Assembly: GCA_965208835.1 (NCBI GenBank)
Contig: OZ242358.1
Span: 4,160,001 to 4,224,000 of the forward strand
DNA length: 64,000 nt
Direction of reading: 5' to 3'
Origin: Candidatus Latescibacterota bacterium
Lineage (GTDB): Bacteria; Latescibacterota; UBA2968; GCA-2709665
Shown in pieces: positions 1 to 9,008 of this stretch. Both the position numbers and the translations under genes were made by a program. A model generated the notes under the pieces. The model searched no databases. It saw only the letters and a list, made by a program, of their open reading frames with translations, and was not told the origin of the DNA. Position 1 is the first letter of the stretch. Each line of letters starts with the position of its first letter.

Positions 1-882
1 CGCGATGAACAGGGACGGCATCGGTTTGAACCCGTAGCTGTTCGCGATATCGGCGAATGCGAAATCGTGCCGACCCTCGCAATCGTCCCAAGACATGGTG
101 ACGAAGGGTGGAATCATATTGGCGGCGAACGGCTTGCGCGCGGTCCACACGATCGAACGCCAGAACAGATCGTCCATCCCGCGGGCATGGCCGTAGAACG
201 CATTCCGCCACACTCTGGAGTTCAACGTGAACTGCACCGCCCGCCCGTTCCCCCATTCCGTTGCGAATACCAGGGGATAGTTGCGCGGTTCGAACGCGCT
301 CCAGGGCGCGAGGTGCCGGATATAGATCAGCTGCTCCTTTCCCAGAATTCCGTCCGCGAGCGGAACCACGGAATCGCCCCATTTTTCGGCGGCGATTGCC
401 GTCACCATCCGGTCGAACGTGTGGAATTCTCCGGGCGACTGCAATTCCGTGATATAGTGATCCCGTTCCTGCATCCGCACGGTATCGGTCGCGTATGGAT
501 GCGGGTTGATCCGGTCGAAACCGAATATCTCCAGGAGGGGGCCCTTATATCCTCTCAGGTCGTAGTCGAAATTGACGAGCCCCGCGCCACTACGAACCGC
601 GTCCGCAATCAGACCCCCCTCGGAACGGGTCAACGACGCGCCCAGGCCGTTCTGCGCCAGCAGGATGCCGGCGCATTGGCCCAGAGACTCCGGCGTTGGC
701 CGTTCCCCGGCCAGATCCAGCAGGCGAAACGGCATACCGAAATGCGCCAGCGCCGCCAGGACCGTCTCATCCACAATCATCCGCTCCCAGTACGGCCCGT
801 CGCTGTCGATCACGACCAGCAACGCGCCGTTACCGGCACTGGTATGTTGTTCCCGCTGCACCCGTCCGCTGCCCGATGCCAT
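1..882 (-). CDS. Uncharacterised protein, partial (runs off left edge); Rossmann/class-I-GATase-like N-domain followed by a possible NodB/polysaccharide-deacetylase-like barrel
   Basis: Not in the ORF track (no stop in window). Hand translation from ATG at 882 (RBS AAGGAG) is open to base 1: MASGSGRVQ...LLVVIDSDGPYWE...GNGRAVQF...PPFVTMSWDDCEGRHDF. Fold assignment is inference. Confidence 0.75.
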   Translation of the reverse strand, partial: MASGSGRVQREQHTSAGNGALLVVIDSDGPYWERMIVDETVLAALAHFGMPFRLLDLAGERPTPESLGQCAGILLAQNGLGASLTRSEGGLIADAVRSGAGLVNFDYDLRGYKGPLLEIFGFDRINPHPYATDTVRMQERDHYITELQSPGEFHTFDRMVTAIAAEKWGDSVVPLADGILGKEQLIYIRHLAPWSAFEPRNYPLVFATEWGNGRAVQFTLNSRVWRNAFYGHARGMDDLFWRSIVWTARKPFAANMIPPFVTMSWDDCEGRHDFAFADIANSYGFKPMPSLFIA

Positions 883-883
883 G

Positions 884-1261
884 TCACTCTCCTTCTTCCG
901 GTTCCGACTCTGACGTTTGAAGTATATGACTCAAGTGCAACGTACACTCGCTGCGCAGAACCGGAACATCCCGCTCAATGATCGCCCAGACGATGGCGTC
1001 ATCCACGTTTGGATACTGATGTGTCAGTTGATTGCGAAAGTCCACGATTCGTCTAGCCCGTGTTATGCTGCCGAAGATCTCCTTCGACATCCTGTTGAGA
1101 GCTGCGAGAGCCTCCCCGATAATGATGAATTCACGCTCTACCGAGGATCGGACCAACCGGTTGCCCTCGTAATCTTGAAGATCGAGGCCCTGGACTGCGT
1201 TTATGATCGCATCACAGGCCTCGACTACGTCCGACAGGTAGGCTCGCGCGTCACGCGGCAT
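884..1261 (-). CDS. HepT-like (DUF86) HEPN ribonuclease toxin
   Basis: MPRDARAYLSDVVEAC...RSSVEREFIIIGEAL...FRNQLTHQY (RNxxxHxY motif). Start overlaps the stop of the upstream nucleotidyltransferase (ATGCCGCGTGA). Confidence 0.9.
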   Translation of the reverse strand: MPRDARAYLSDVVEACDAIINAVQGLDLQDYEGNRLVRSSVEREFIIIGEALAALNRMSKEIFGSITRARRIVDFRNQLTHQYPNVDDAIVWAIIERDVPVLRSECTLHLSHILQTSESEPEEGE

Positions 1262-1559
1262 ATAACAGCTCCTTGGTACGCGCAATCTCGCGTGCGATAT
1301 AGGGGTTCTTCACGGCGCCTGAAATGACCAGATCGACCTGCTCACCCAGGATGGCCCTCAGATCTTCAAGCAGGCCGAAATAGGCATCGACTCGAGCATA
1401 GGGTTCCATCGAGCCAAGTTCGACCAAGAGATCCACGTCGCTCCTGCCGGGCTGGAACTCGTCTCGAAGAGCCGATCCAAACGCATCCAACCGGATCACG
1501 CCGTGGCGTTCGCAGGCCTCCGTGATGGCGTCCAGCTTGTTTCGCAAAATCCCTGTCAT
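1251..1559 (-). CDS. MntA-like minimal nucleotidyltransferase antitoxin
   Basis: FGSALRDEFQPGRSDVDLLV (GS...DxD) and VDLV...KNPY. GGAGGT RBS before ATG 1559. Paired with the HEPN toxin. Confidence 0.9.
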   Translation of the reverse strand: MTGILRNKLDAITEACERHGVIRLDAFGSALRDEFQPGRSDVDLLVELGSMEPYARVDAYFGLLEDLRAILGEQVDLVISGAVKNPYIAREIARTKELLYAA

Positions 1560-1800
1560 CGGTACCTCCAATGCACTCGCCCCGCTCAGGCAAAGACCGG
1601 TCGGACGAACCCAAATGCAGAATATCTCACGACTGAACAAGCTCTCGACATTACAACACGGAGAACCGTTCAGTTAAGTCACTCATACAGGTACCAGCAG
1701 CTCAATTGGTGCGATGAGCTTCAGAAGCGAGATGCGACGTTTTCAGCACGACCCAGCGATTCTACTCGCGAGTACGTTGTACGATTTCTCAAGGTTGTCC

Positions 1801-1825
1801 CTTGTGTCTTTGTGTCTTTGTGTGA
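1801..1825. repeat. Short octamer tandem repeat (CTTTGTGT-like) in intergenic DNA
   Basis: cttgtgtctttgtgtctttgtgtg directly visible. Confidence 0.6.
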
Positions 1826-1841
1826 GAACAGGTTGTTCCAT

Positions 1842-2984
1842 CTAAACCTTGATCTCCCAGAGATATCCACTGCGGTAGGGACTGTCGTTTTCGCCCGCGT
1901 AGATCGTCCCGTCGGGAGTGACGGCTACGTCGTGCACCTGCCAGCAATCGGCGTCTCCGTCCGAAACCGGTCCCAGCAGGTCCCATGACTCCGAGTCAGC
2001 GTCGAACCGGATCACCTCACACTTCCCGTCCCGCCCGGTTACGCCGTAAGCCGCCCCGTCGGGGCCCGGCTGCATGGTTGTCAGCCGGCTGCGGCGGTCC
2101 GCAACGGGCGTGCCGAGATACGTGCCCATCCCGGTCTCCGTATCGATCCGGTATATCGACCCGTTCGCGCCGCTGGCGTACATCCGGCCCCCGCCCAAGT
2201 TGAAAATACCCTCCACACGCTCGTATCCGTAGCTGCCGTCCGGCTTGGGCAGACCGGCGTCGAAATACGCGATCCTGTCCGTTTCGGGGTCGAACTTGCA
2301 CAGCCGGTTGCGGTCCACGCCTGCGAAATTCTGCCACGCCCGCGTCACGCTCCAGCCGCACCACACACACCCTTCGTCGTCCAGCTCGACGTTCTCGCCC
2401 TGGGCCATCTCCATCCCGCTGCTGATCGGCCCCAGGTCGTCCGAGCGGCCGTCCGCGAGGTTGAACCGGAACATGCGTTCCGGCGTGAACGTCATGCCGT
2501 AGATCACGCCGCGCTCCTGGTCCAGGCAGATCGACTGGATGTACATATGCGGCATGGGAATCCCGACTTTCCTGATTTCTCCGGTCACGGGGTCGTATTT
2601 GACGATGGCCCCGCCTGGCGCCTCCCAGTACCGGTCGATATCGTGCAGGAGCGCGATTGCGCCGTAAAGACAGCCGTCTTTCTCCCACCTCACCAGCGAC
2701 CTGTGAAACTTGGCATCGAACGGATCGGCCACCTTCCCGTACCCCAGATCCTCGAACTCGCCGGTTGCGCGATCGTAGGCGCGGAATATATCGGCGTTGA
2801 AGGATGTAATCCCAAGGTAGATTCGGTCATCGTCCGCGTTGTGATACACGCTGTCCATGCTGATCCAGCCCTCGCGCCAGGACGAATCCGCCCTGAAGTC
2901 GTTATATTCCCAGCGGTCCTCGATCTCGTCGTCCCACTGGTTGCCGTAGTCCACGTCCTGCAATTTGAGCGCCCTGACCTGCAT
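1842..2984 (-). CDS. Beta-propeller protein of unknown function
   Basis: 380 aa ORF with AAAGGAG RBS. Repeated blade-like motifs (RIYLG, CLYGA, YDPVTG, GVIYG, PDGAAYG, PDGTIYAG). No signal peptide. Confidence 0.75.
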   Translation of the reverse strand: MQVRALKLQDVDYGNQWDDEIEDRWEYNDFRADSSWREGWISMDSVYHNADDDRIYLGITSFNADIFRAYDRATGEFEDLGYGKVADPFDAKFHRSLVRWEKDGCLYGAIALLHDIDRYWEAPGGAIVKYDPVTGEIRKVGIPMPHMYIQSICLDQERGVIYGMTFTPERMFRFNLADGRSDDLGPISSGMEMAQGENVELDDEGCVWCGWSVTRAWQNFAGVDRNRLCKFDPETDRIAYFDAGLPKPDGSYGYERVEGIFNLGGGRMYASGANGSIYRIDTETGMGTYLGTPVADRRSRLTTMQPGPDGAAYGVTGRDGKCEVIRFDADSESWDLLGPVSDGDADCWQVHDVAVTPDGTIYAGENDSPYRSGYLWEIKV

Positions 2985-3046
2985 CTGACTCTCCTTTCAT
3001 TTTCACGGCGGCGGCATCACAGAACTCCGCCTCCCGCTGACAGCGC

Positions 3047-4291
3047 CTATACCGCCTCGCTGATCTTGTTCAACGCCCGGAAAAATTCGTCGAATACCTC
3101 CACAATGTCTGCCGCGATCTCGTGCTCCGTGCCCGCTTCCCACTCGTCCGGCGTCAACCGGGCGAACGCCTTCGTGCCCTCCACCTCCGACGGAGACAGG
3201 AGATCTCCCTTCAGTTCGTCCAGAATCGTTACAGGATCGTCCACCGTCTCACCCGTCCTGATCTTCCAGAACGTCCGGAACGGCATCCGGAAGAAGCTGT
3301 TGCCAATCCTCCCCAGCTCGTTCTGAATCAGCCAGGTGGTATCGAAATGCGCCGGTGCGTGGCCGTAAAAGTGGAGGCGACCCTTCATCAGTCGCGAGAA
3401 CTTGGCGTTGTCGAAAATCACCAGCGCGGGGTCCAAAGGCACCTCCTGAAGCGCCGCTCTCCACGCGCCGATATCCGCGCCCGCCTCACCGGGGATCAGC
3501 GTCACTGCGTCCCTCAACCGTACCAGGATTTCCGCCAACGCCTCTTCCAGCGCGTCCTCCAGCGTGGTAAGGTGCGGCTCCTCGTACCACCTGGGTATCT
3601 CGTAGTGGGCGTGCAGAATCTCCCTGATCAGGTCCCAGCATCGCAGCCCGGGGAAATGCCGTTCCGCGATCTCGAACGCATCCAGCTTGCCGCAGATATT
3701 CTGTTTCTCGAGAACGCAGACGGCCGAGTGGACCGGCGGATTGAAATAGTGCATGATCCGGCTGTGCAGGGGATATTTGTTCTCGTGAACTCCCAGGTTG
3801 ATGGCGGGATCGATCGTGCGGTTGTATCGCCCGAAATACAGGCAGAACTTTTTCAGATGAAAATACTCGTCCTTCTCGTCCCAGGGTCTCCGGGCGAGGG
3901 TGTCCAGGGCCTCGCCGAGTCTCTTCTTGTCCTCGGTCAGATAGTACGTCCACTGGTGGTATTCCGGATAGTAGTTCCGCTCCGACGTGAGTTCGGACCA
4001 GGTCAGATTCACCCCGGGCAGGTGCTCGAAGTTCCGCGCCCAGCAGGGATATTTCTCGCACAGCCGCAGATGCGTCTCGCCCATGGTCGTGGACAACTCG
4101 CACCAGTCGTCCACCGTCATGCCGTCGTTCACGATAAAGCGGGTGTCGAAATCGCTCATGCCCGGCAGCAGGTCCCGGAACATCCACTTGCCCGCGATCG
4201 CCTCGATCTTGTCGCAGTGATACCGGCACGCCTCGTAGTACGTCCGGATATAATCCTCAAAGTCGTTCTCCGGCCTGGGTGCGAATTTCAT
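3047..4291 (-). CDS. Uncharacterised protein with Pol-beta-type nucleotidyltransferase-like N-terminal motif
   Basis: 414 aa with AGGAGG RBS. IEAIAGKWMFRDLLPGMSDFDTRFIV resembles hG[S]x9-13SDhD. Confidence 0.65.
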   Translation of the reverse strand: MKFAPRPENDFEDYIRTYYEACRYHCDKIEAIAGKWMFRDLLPGMSDFDTRFIVNDGMTVDDWCELSTTMGETHLRLCEKYPCWARNFEHLPGVNLTWSELTSERNYYPEYHQWTYYLTEDKKRLGEALDTLARRPWDEKDEYFHLKKFCLYFGRYNRTIDPAINLGVHENKYPLHSRIMHYFNPPVHSAVCVLEKQNICGKLDAFEIAERHFPGLRCWDLIREILHAHYEIPRWYEEPHLTTLEDALEEALAEILVRLRDAVTLIPGEAGADIGAWRAALQEVPLDPALVIFDNAKFSRLMKGRLHFYGHAPAHFDTTWLIQNELGRIGNSFFRMPFRTFWKIRTGETVDDPVTILDELKGDLLSPSEVEGTKAFARLTPDEWEAGTEHEIAADIVEVFDEFFRALNKISEAV

Positions 4292-4309
4292 CGCTCCTCC
4301 TTCTCGGTG

Positions 4310-6133
4310 TCAGGCCACCATTGCCAATTCGGCTTCCTGGTTCCGGTCAAGGGAAATCACGACCGCCGAACACCGGCGCCCCTCAACTTCGAGCGTCACG
4401 GGGGACTGCTCACGGCCGTCCAAAAGCACGCGCGAGACCTCCCCGCCTCGCTCCGCGATGATCGTCAGGCCCTCGATCGCCTCAATTGCCGTCAGCCTGG
4501 CAACCGCCCGTTCCGGGCAGGAACTCAGCAGTTCAACCCGCAACGCGTCCCGCGCCTGGACGAAGCGGGACCACTCCTGCAGGCTGCCGGTTTCGATGCC
4601 CATCGCCGCCAGGGACGCGTACACGATATTGGCCGCCTCGAACGTGCGTCGCAGGTCTCCTTTGGGCCGGATCAGATAACACGGGTGGAAGGTCCCGATG
4701 TGCGGCACGTGCCAGCGGTCGCGGGACTCCACGACCCAGCGGACTGCCGCCTCCGCGTACTCCACCTGGCTCAGTCCCAGCGTGCCGACGCCTGGCTCGG
4801 TGATGCTCTGCGAATCGTCGAAGGTGCAGGGCTGGAGAAACAGGTCCAGCAGCCCTTCGTCCGGGTCGAAGTAGCGCATGGGCATGGCCGACGCCAGCGA
4901 AAACGGTCCGAAGTCGTACCTGTTCATCCGCGGGTCGTGGCCGCAGAAGTGAAACGGCATTCGCCATCCGTGGTCCGTCAATATCTTCGCGGTCCCGGCC
5001 CCCGTCCACTGGCAACCGTGGATCACGATGTCGGTCACCGGTAGACCCACTTCGTCGGTAAATCGACGCGCCTGGACTTCCATTTCCGTGCGAATGCGTT
5101 CGTGGACCCCGTCGTCGAGTTCTTTCAATAGGCGGTTGTACGTAAGCGGAAATATATCCACTTCGATCGACATGAAGTGGCCCCGGTCCTGCCACTCGCG
5201 GATCAACTTCCCCTCGTACCGGCTCACCGGCGCCCTGAAGAAATTGTGCTTGTGCCCGTACTGCTCCGCCAGGTCCATCCCCACCGGAGCGCCCTCCTCC
5301 CCGCACCCGTCCGACTTGAAGAAGACGGCCACGCGCCGCGCATCGGGCATGTGCCAGACGCGTGGCACGATGCCGCCGCCGTGCAGGTCCAGCAGCAATT
5401 CCCGGAACAGGTCCTGGTGAATATCCGCCAGCGGATGCTGCCGGGAGTTCCGCTCCGCGATCCCGATCAGCCCGAAGATATGCCTCGGCCCTCGCAGCGG
5501 CAGCATTTGTGCCTGTTGATCCAGCGCCCAGGTTCCGTGTCTCAACCGCAGCACCGCCCCGACCACGTCGTAAGCCAGCACAAACGCCCTGCCCCGCTCG
5601 ATGCGTTTCCGGACAATGGCAGGACCGCTCCGCTTACCCAGGTTGTCGACCAACGCGGCCAGTTCCTCGCCGTCGCACGAGACACTGAGCCCGGTTTCCC
5701 GCGGGCAGTACAACGGCTCAGGCGGTACCGTAAGTCCGGCGGCGGGGTGAACGACAACCCGACCGTCCAAAACCGCCTGGTGCTCGTTTGCCAAAGGCTC
5801 GGAGGCCGTTTCCTTGTTCGGATCCACTTTCTGGGTCGACACCACAACCCGGCGCTTCACGCCCAGCCTTGCCGCCAGGTCGCCGCCCGACATCACCGCG
5901 AGCAGCCGCCCTCCGCCGCGCAGGTAGTCTAAGAGAATCCCGGAGGCCCGCCGTCCGAACGCCCCACGAAGCGTCAACACCACGGTCGCATTCTTCAGGC
6001 GAGTCGGATCCAACTCCTTCTGCGAGAGGACGTTAAAATGAAACAGCCCCTCGGCCTTCAGGATCTCCGTCGCGAAGTCGTGCTCGAGGTTCTCATCCGG
6101 CTTGACGATCAGAATCGACTTCATTGATTTCAT
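4310..6133 (-). CDS. Uncharacterised ~607 aa protein; GATase-like N-domain plus NodB/deacetylase-like barrel
   Basis: Long ORF in operon orientation. YLRGGGRLL, GRAFVLAYD, RVWHMPD...FKSDGCG, IHGCQW, GTFHP motifs. Start uncertain (6124/6133/6139). Confidence 0.65.
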   Translation of the reverse strand: MKSMKSILIVKPDENLEHDFATEILKAEGLFHFNVLSQKELDPTRLKNATVVLTLRGAFGRRASGILLDYLRGGGRLLAVMSGGDLAARLGVKRRVVVSTQKVDPNKETASEPLANEHQAVLDGRVVVHPAAGLTVPPEPLYCPRETGLSVSCDGEELAALVDNLGKRSGPAIVRKRIERGRAFVLAYDVVGAVLRLRHGTWALDQQAQMLPLRGPRHIFGLIGIAERNSRQHPLADIHQDLFRELLLDLHGGGIVPRVWHMPDARRVAVFFKSDGCGEEGAPVGMDLAEQYGHKHNFFRAPVSRYEGKLIREWQDRGHFMSIEVDIFPLTYNRLLKELDDGVHERIRTEMEVQARRFTDEVGLPVTDIVIHGCQWTGAGTAKILTDHGWRMPFHFCGHDPRMNRYDFGPFSLASAMPMRYFDPDEGLLDLFLQPCTFDDSQSITEPGVGTLGLSQVEYAEAAVRWVVESRDRWHVPHIGTFHPCYLIRPKGDLRRTFEAANIVYASLAAMGIETGSLQEWSRFVQARDALRVELLSSCPERAVARLTAIEAIEGLTIIAERGGEVSRVLLDGREQSPVTLEVEGRRCSAVVISLDRNQEAELAMVA

Positions 6134-6192
6134 CACCAAGTAATTGGTGGAACGGATACCGGTTCAAGGTTATACGGTGCGCTCGTGGAATA

Positions 6193-6440
6193 ATCGCCCC
6201 CCCACCGCATCAGCCGTCGCCGGCCCTTCGACACCCTTCGACAGGCTCAGGGCGAGTGCTCAGGGGACGGCTCGGCTTCTGCGACTCCCCCTCAAGGGGG
6301 GAGTAATGTTGATGGGCATTGCTTGAATGTATTTTACAAAACAACATTAAATGTAGCCTCCCTGGCATCCTCGGCGCAGCCGAGAATCGCTGATAGAAGC
6401 GTGGTCATTGAGCATGCCTGCATTGAGCTTGTCGAAATGC
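6193..6440. repeat. Nested small palindromic repeats (CCCTTCGACAGGCTCAGGG type inside a CCCCCCACCGCATCAGCC...ACTCCCCCTCAAGGGGGGAGT element)
   Basis: CCCTTCGACA|CCCTTCGACAGGCTCAGGGCGAGT|GCTCAGGGG at 6224-6266. Hairpin ACTCCCCC-TCAAG-GGGGGAGT at 6284-6304. Inverted partner TGAGCTTGTCGAA at 6424-6436. Confidence 0.7.
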
Positions 6441-6499
6441 CCGCGCTTCCCAGTCCTTCGCGGATCTGTGAATGTAGCAGGGTGAGAAACACGGCGACG

Positions 6500-7495
6500 T
6501 CAACCCAACACGACCTCGCGATTCTCCGTCGCGGAGCGATAGATCGCATCCAGCAGCGCATTGGTCTTCGCCGCTTCGCCGAACGGGCAGACCGGCTGGC
6601 GTCCATCCCGAACCGCATCGACGAAATCCTTCACGACCGGGCCGTGTACGTTGTCGTCGGGTGTCAGATCCAGCGTATCCACCTGCCGACCCACCGTTTT
6701 GACGACCTCGCCCGAATCGTAGGGATGCCAGTACACCTTCGCCTCGGACCCGACGATCTCAAACTCGTGCCGCCAGGTCTGCGAACTCCAGCTGAATGAC
6801 GCCGTGACCAATGCGCCGTTATCAAGTTTCATGACGATGCTCGCACAGTCCTCCACGTCCCACTTCTGCACCAGGTTCTCGCACCGGGCGTACACCGAAA
6901 CCGGCATCCCCAGGAGCCCGATCATCACATCGAACATGTGCGTGCCCATATCGCTGATAGGGCCGCCTCCGGACCGCTCCCGGAAGACGCGCCAGCGTTT
7001 CGGATCGTCATCCGCGGGGCTGAACCAGGAAAAGTAGACGATGCGTACGAGGAGGACCTGGCCGAATTCGCCGTTCCGGATCATCTCCTGCGCCTGGAGA
7101 TACGCCGGGAAAAGCCGCCGAAAATAGGAACACCCGGCCAGCCTGTCGCTGCGCCCGGCCGCCTCGATGGCGCTTGCACATTCCTCACCGGTCACGCCCA
7201 GGGGTTTTTCCACGAGCACGTGCTTGTCCGCTTCGAGGGCCTGAACCGCGTGGGGCACGTGCAGCCACACGGGCGTTGCGACGTAGACCGCGTCCGCCGA
7301 CGTCTTCTCCAGGGCCTCATCCAGATCGGCGTAGACCTCGGACAGGTCGTATTCGGAGGCCAGCGCCCGGGCGTTATCCTGTACCATATCGCATACCGCC
7401 ACCAGTTCCGAATTCGCGGCGCCCGCGAGGGCGGCGGCCACCCGCTTTCGGGCGATATCCCCGGCGCCAACCAGAAGCCACCTCACGTTGTCCAT
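6500..7495 (-). CDS. Gfo/Idh/MocA family oxidoreductase
   Basis: LVGAGDIA Rossmann motif, ATPVWLH, HVLVEKP, GGGPISDMGTH. GGAGG RBS before ATG 7495. Confidence 0.92.
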   Translation of the reverse strand: MDNVRWLLVGAGDIARKRVAAALAGAANSELVAVCDMVQDNARALASEYDLSEVYADLDEALEKTSADAVYVATPVWLHVPHAVQALEADKHVLVEKPLGVTGEECASAIEAAGRSDRLAGCSYFRRLFPAYLQAQEMIRNGEFGQVLLVRIVYFSWFSPADDDPKRWRVFRERSGGGPISDMGTHMFDVMIGLLGMPVSVYARCENLVQKWDVEDCASIVMKLDNGALVTASFSWSSQTWRHEFEIVGSEAKVYWHPYDSGEVVKTVGRQVDTLDLTPDDNVHGPVVKDFVDAVRDGRQPVCPFGEAAKTNALLDAIYRSATENREVVLG

Positions 7496-7518
7496 CTGCC
7501 CTCCCAGGCATTTATTAT

Positions 7519-7715
7519 GGGCGCCCACGAGGGACGCCCCTACAATACGAAAAATTCACGAATTGAACTCTCTTGGTTCCGCGCCGACGTTGCATTTGCA
7601 GGGGCAATCTTTGTGGTTGCCCAGATAATTGCGCTGACAAACGTGACCTGATTTCGCCTGGCCGTATCGTAAACCGGTTTTAGCTGACTGCTGATGGCTG
7701 AGAGCTGAAAGCTGT
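7519..7715. repeat. GTAG-type REP-like hairpin pair plus heptamer (GCTGANN) tract
   Basis: Reverse strand GTAGGGGCGTCCCTCGTGGGCGCCC (7519-7543). Degenerate opposite copy GCAGGGGCAATCTTTGTGGTTGCCC (7598-7622). GCTGACT-GCTGATG-GCTGAGA-GCTGAAA-GCTG at 7683-7714. Confidence 0.65.
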
Positions 7716-7739
7716 AATTCCGGTTTCTGGTAAAGAACG

Positions 7740-8909
7740 CTAACCCAGATCCGAAATCGTCTGCTTGATTGCCCACGCGATATATTCCAGGTCTTCCCCG
7801 GTCGTGCCCGGGAACACCGGCGTACTGACGACCTGTTCGCAGACCCTGGCCGCGACCGGACAGCCGTCGCCGTTGTACCCAAGCTCCTGAAGGGCGTCCC
7901 ATGTCCACAGCGGCGGGTAGTGCTTTGCGGTCCCCACCTGATATCGATCCTTCAGGTGAGCGACGAACGCGTCCGTGCTGAACCCCACGGCATCGGTATC
8001 CAGCCGGATCACGTGCAGATGGCTTCCGTGGTCGGGGCCGTGTCCGGCGGGTAGAATGACCTCGTCGACGCCGGCCAGCAGCGCATTGAGACGGACCATC
8101 CGTTCGCGGCGATCCTGGATCACGCGGTCTATCTTGGCCAACTGGGTAAGCCCGACCGCGTATTGGGGTTTGGTCATCCGGTAGTTGAATCCGACCCGCA
8201 CCACCCGTGTCCCGCTTCCCCCGTAAACGTACCCGAATGTTTTCAATTGCCGGACCTGTTCGGCGAAGTCCTCGTCGTCAGTCGTAACCGCGCCTCCCTC
8301 CCCCAGACACGTCATATTCTTGTTGCTCTGAAAACTGTAACACGAGGCCTTTCCCCGTCCGCCGACGGGTTCCCCCCGGAATCTGGTACCGACCGCGTGC
8401 GCCGCATCGTAAATCACCGGAACGCCCGTCTTCCCGGAAATCTGGTCGAATGCGTCCACGTCGCAGGCGAGGCCGGCAAAGTGCACCGGAATGATCGCCC
8501 GGGTGCGCTCCGTGATCTTCTCCCTTACCGTCCGGGGGTCCAGATTCAGACTCACCGGATCGATGTCGGCAAGCACCACCCGCGCGCCCCTGGCAATCGC
8601 GGTACCGGCCGTGCAGACAAAGGTGAGCGGGGTCGTGATCACCTCGTCGCCCGGGCCGACGTCCAGCGCCATCATGCAGCAGTCCAGGCCCGTTCCGCAG
8701 GAGTTGACCGCTATCGCCTTTCGGGCGCCCTCGTGCGCGGCGAACGCATTCTGAAAGTCGTTCTCTTCGGGGAGCGGAAAGAACGTGCCTTCCGACTCAG
8801 CAACGCCTGTAAGCATTCCGCTGACAGCATCGACGTCGTCCTGCTCATAGACCCCTCCCATGGATCCGAAGGGCACCTCTCGAATTTCCATGAAACCGGG
8901 CGCAAACAC
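7740..8909 (-). CDS. DegT/DnrJ/EryC1/StrS family PLP-dependent aminotransferase
   Basis: AVNSCGTGL, GDEVITTPLTF, IIPVHFAG, DAAHA, SFQSNKNMTCLGEGGAVTTDD, GFNYRM. Confidence 0.93.
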   Translation of the reverse strand: MFAPGFMEIREVPFGSMGGVYEQDDVDAVSGMLTGVAESEGTFFPLPEENDFQNAFAAHEGARKAIAVNSCGTGLDCCMMALDVGPGDEVITTPLTFVCTAGTAIARGARVVLADIDPVSLNLDPRTVREKITERTRAIIPVHFAGLACDVDAFDQISGKTGVPVIYDAAHAVGTRFRGEPVGGRGKASCYSFQSNKNMTCLGEGGAVTTDDEDFAEQVRQLKTFGYVYGGSGTRVVRVGFNYRMTKPQYAVGLTQLAKIDRVIQDRRERMVRLNALLAGVDEVILPAGHGPDHGSHLHVIRLDTDAVGFSTDAFVAHLKDRYQVGTAKHYPPLWTWDALQELGYNGDGCPVAARVCEQVVSTPVFPGTTGEDLEYIAWAIKQTISDLG

Positions 8910-9008
8910 CCCCTCTTTACGCGGGAGAAAAACGCGCCCTTCCTCCTTTCCGAATCGTCAATAACTCAAGCATTTCCCGTGCTTCATCGGTGTCCTTACT
9001 CGTTCTTC

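Noticed and set aside
67-981. 304 aa plus-strand ORF
   Set aside because: Antisense shadow of the minus-strand gene starting at 882, which has an RBS and protein-like composition.
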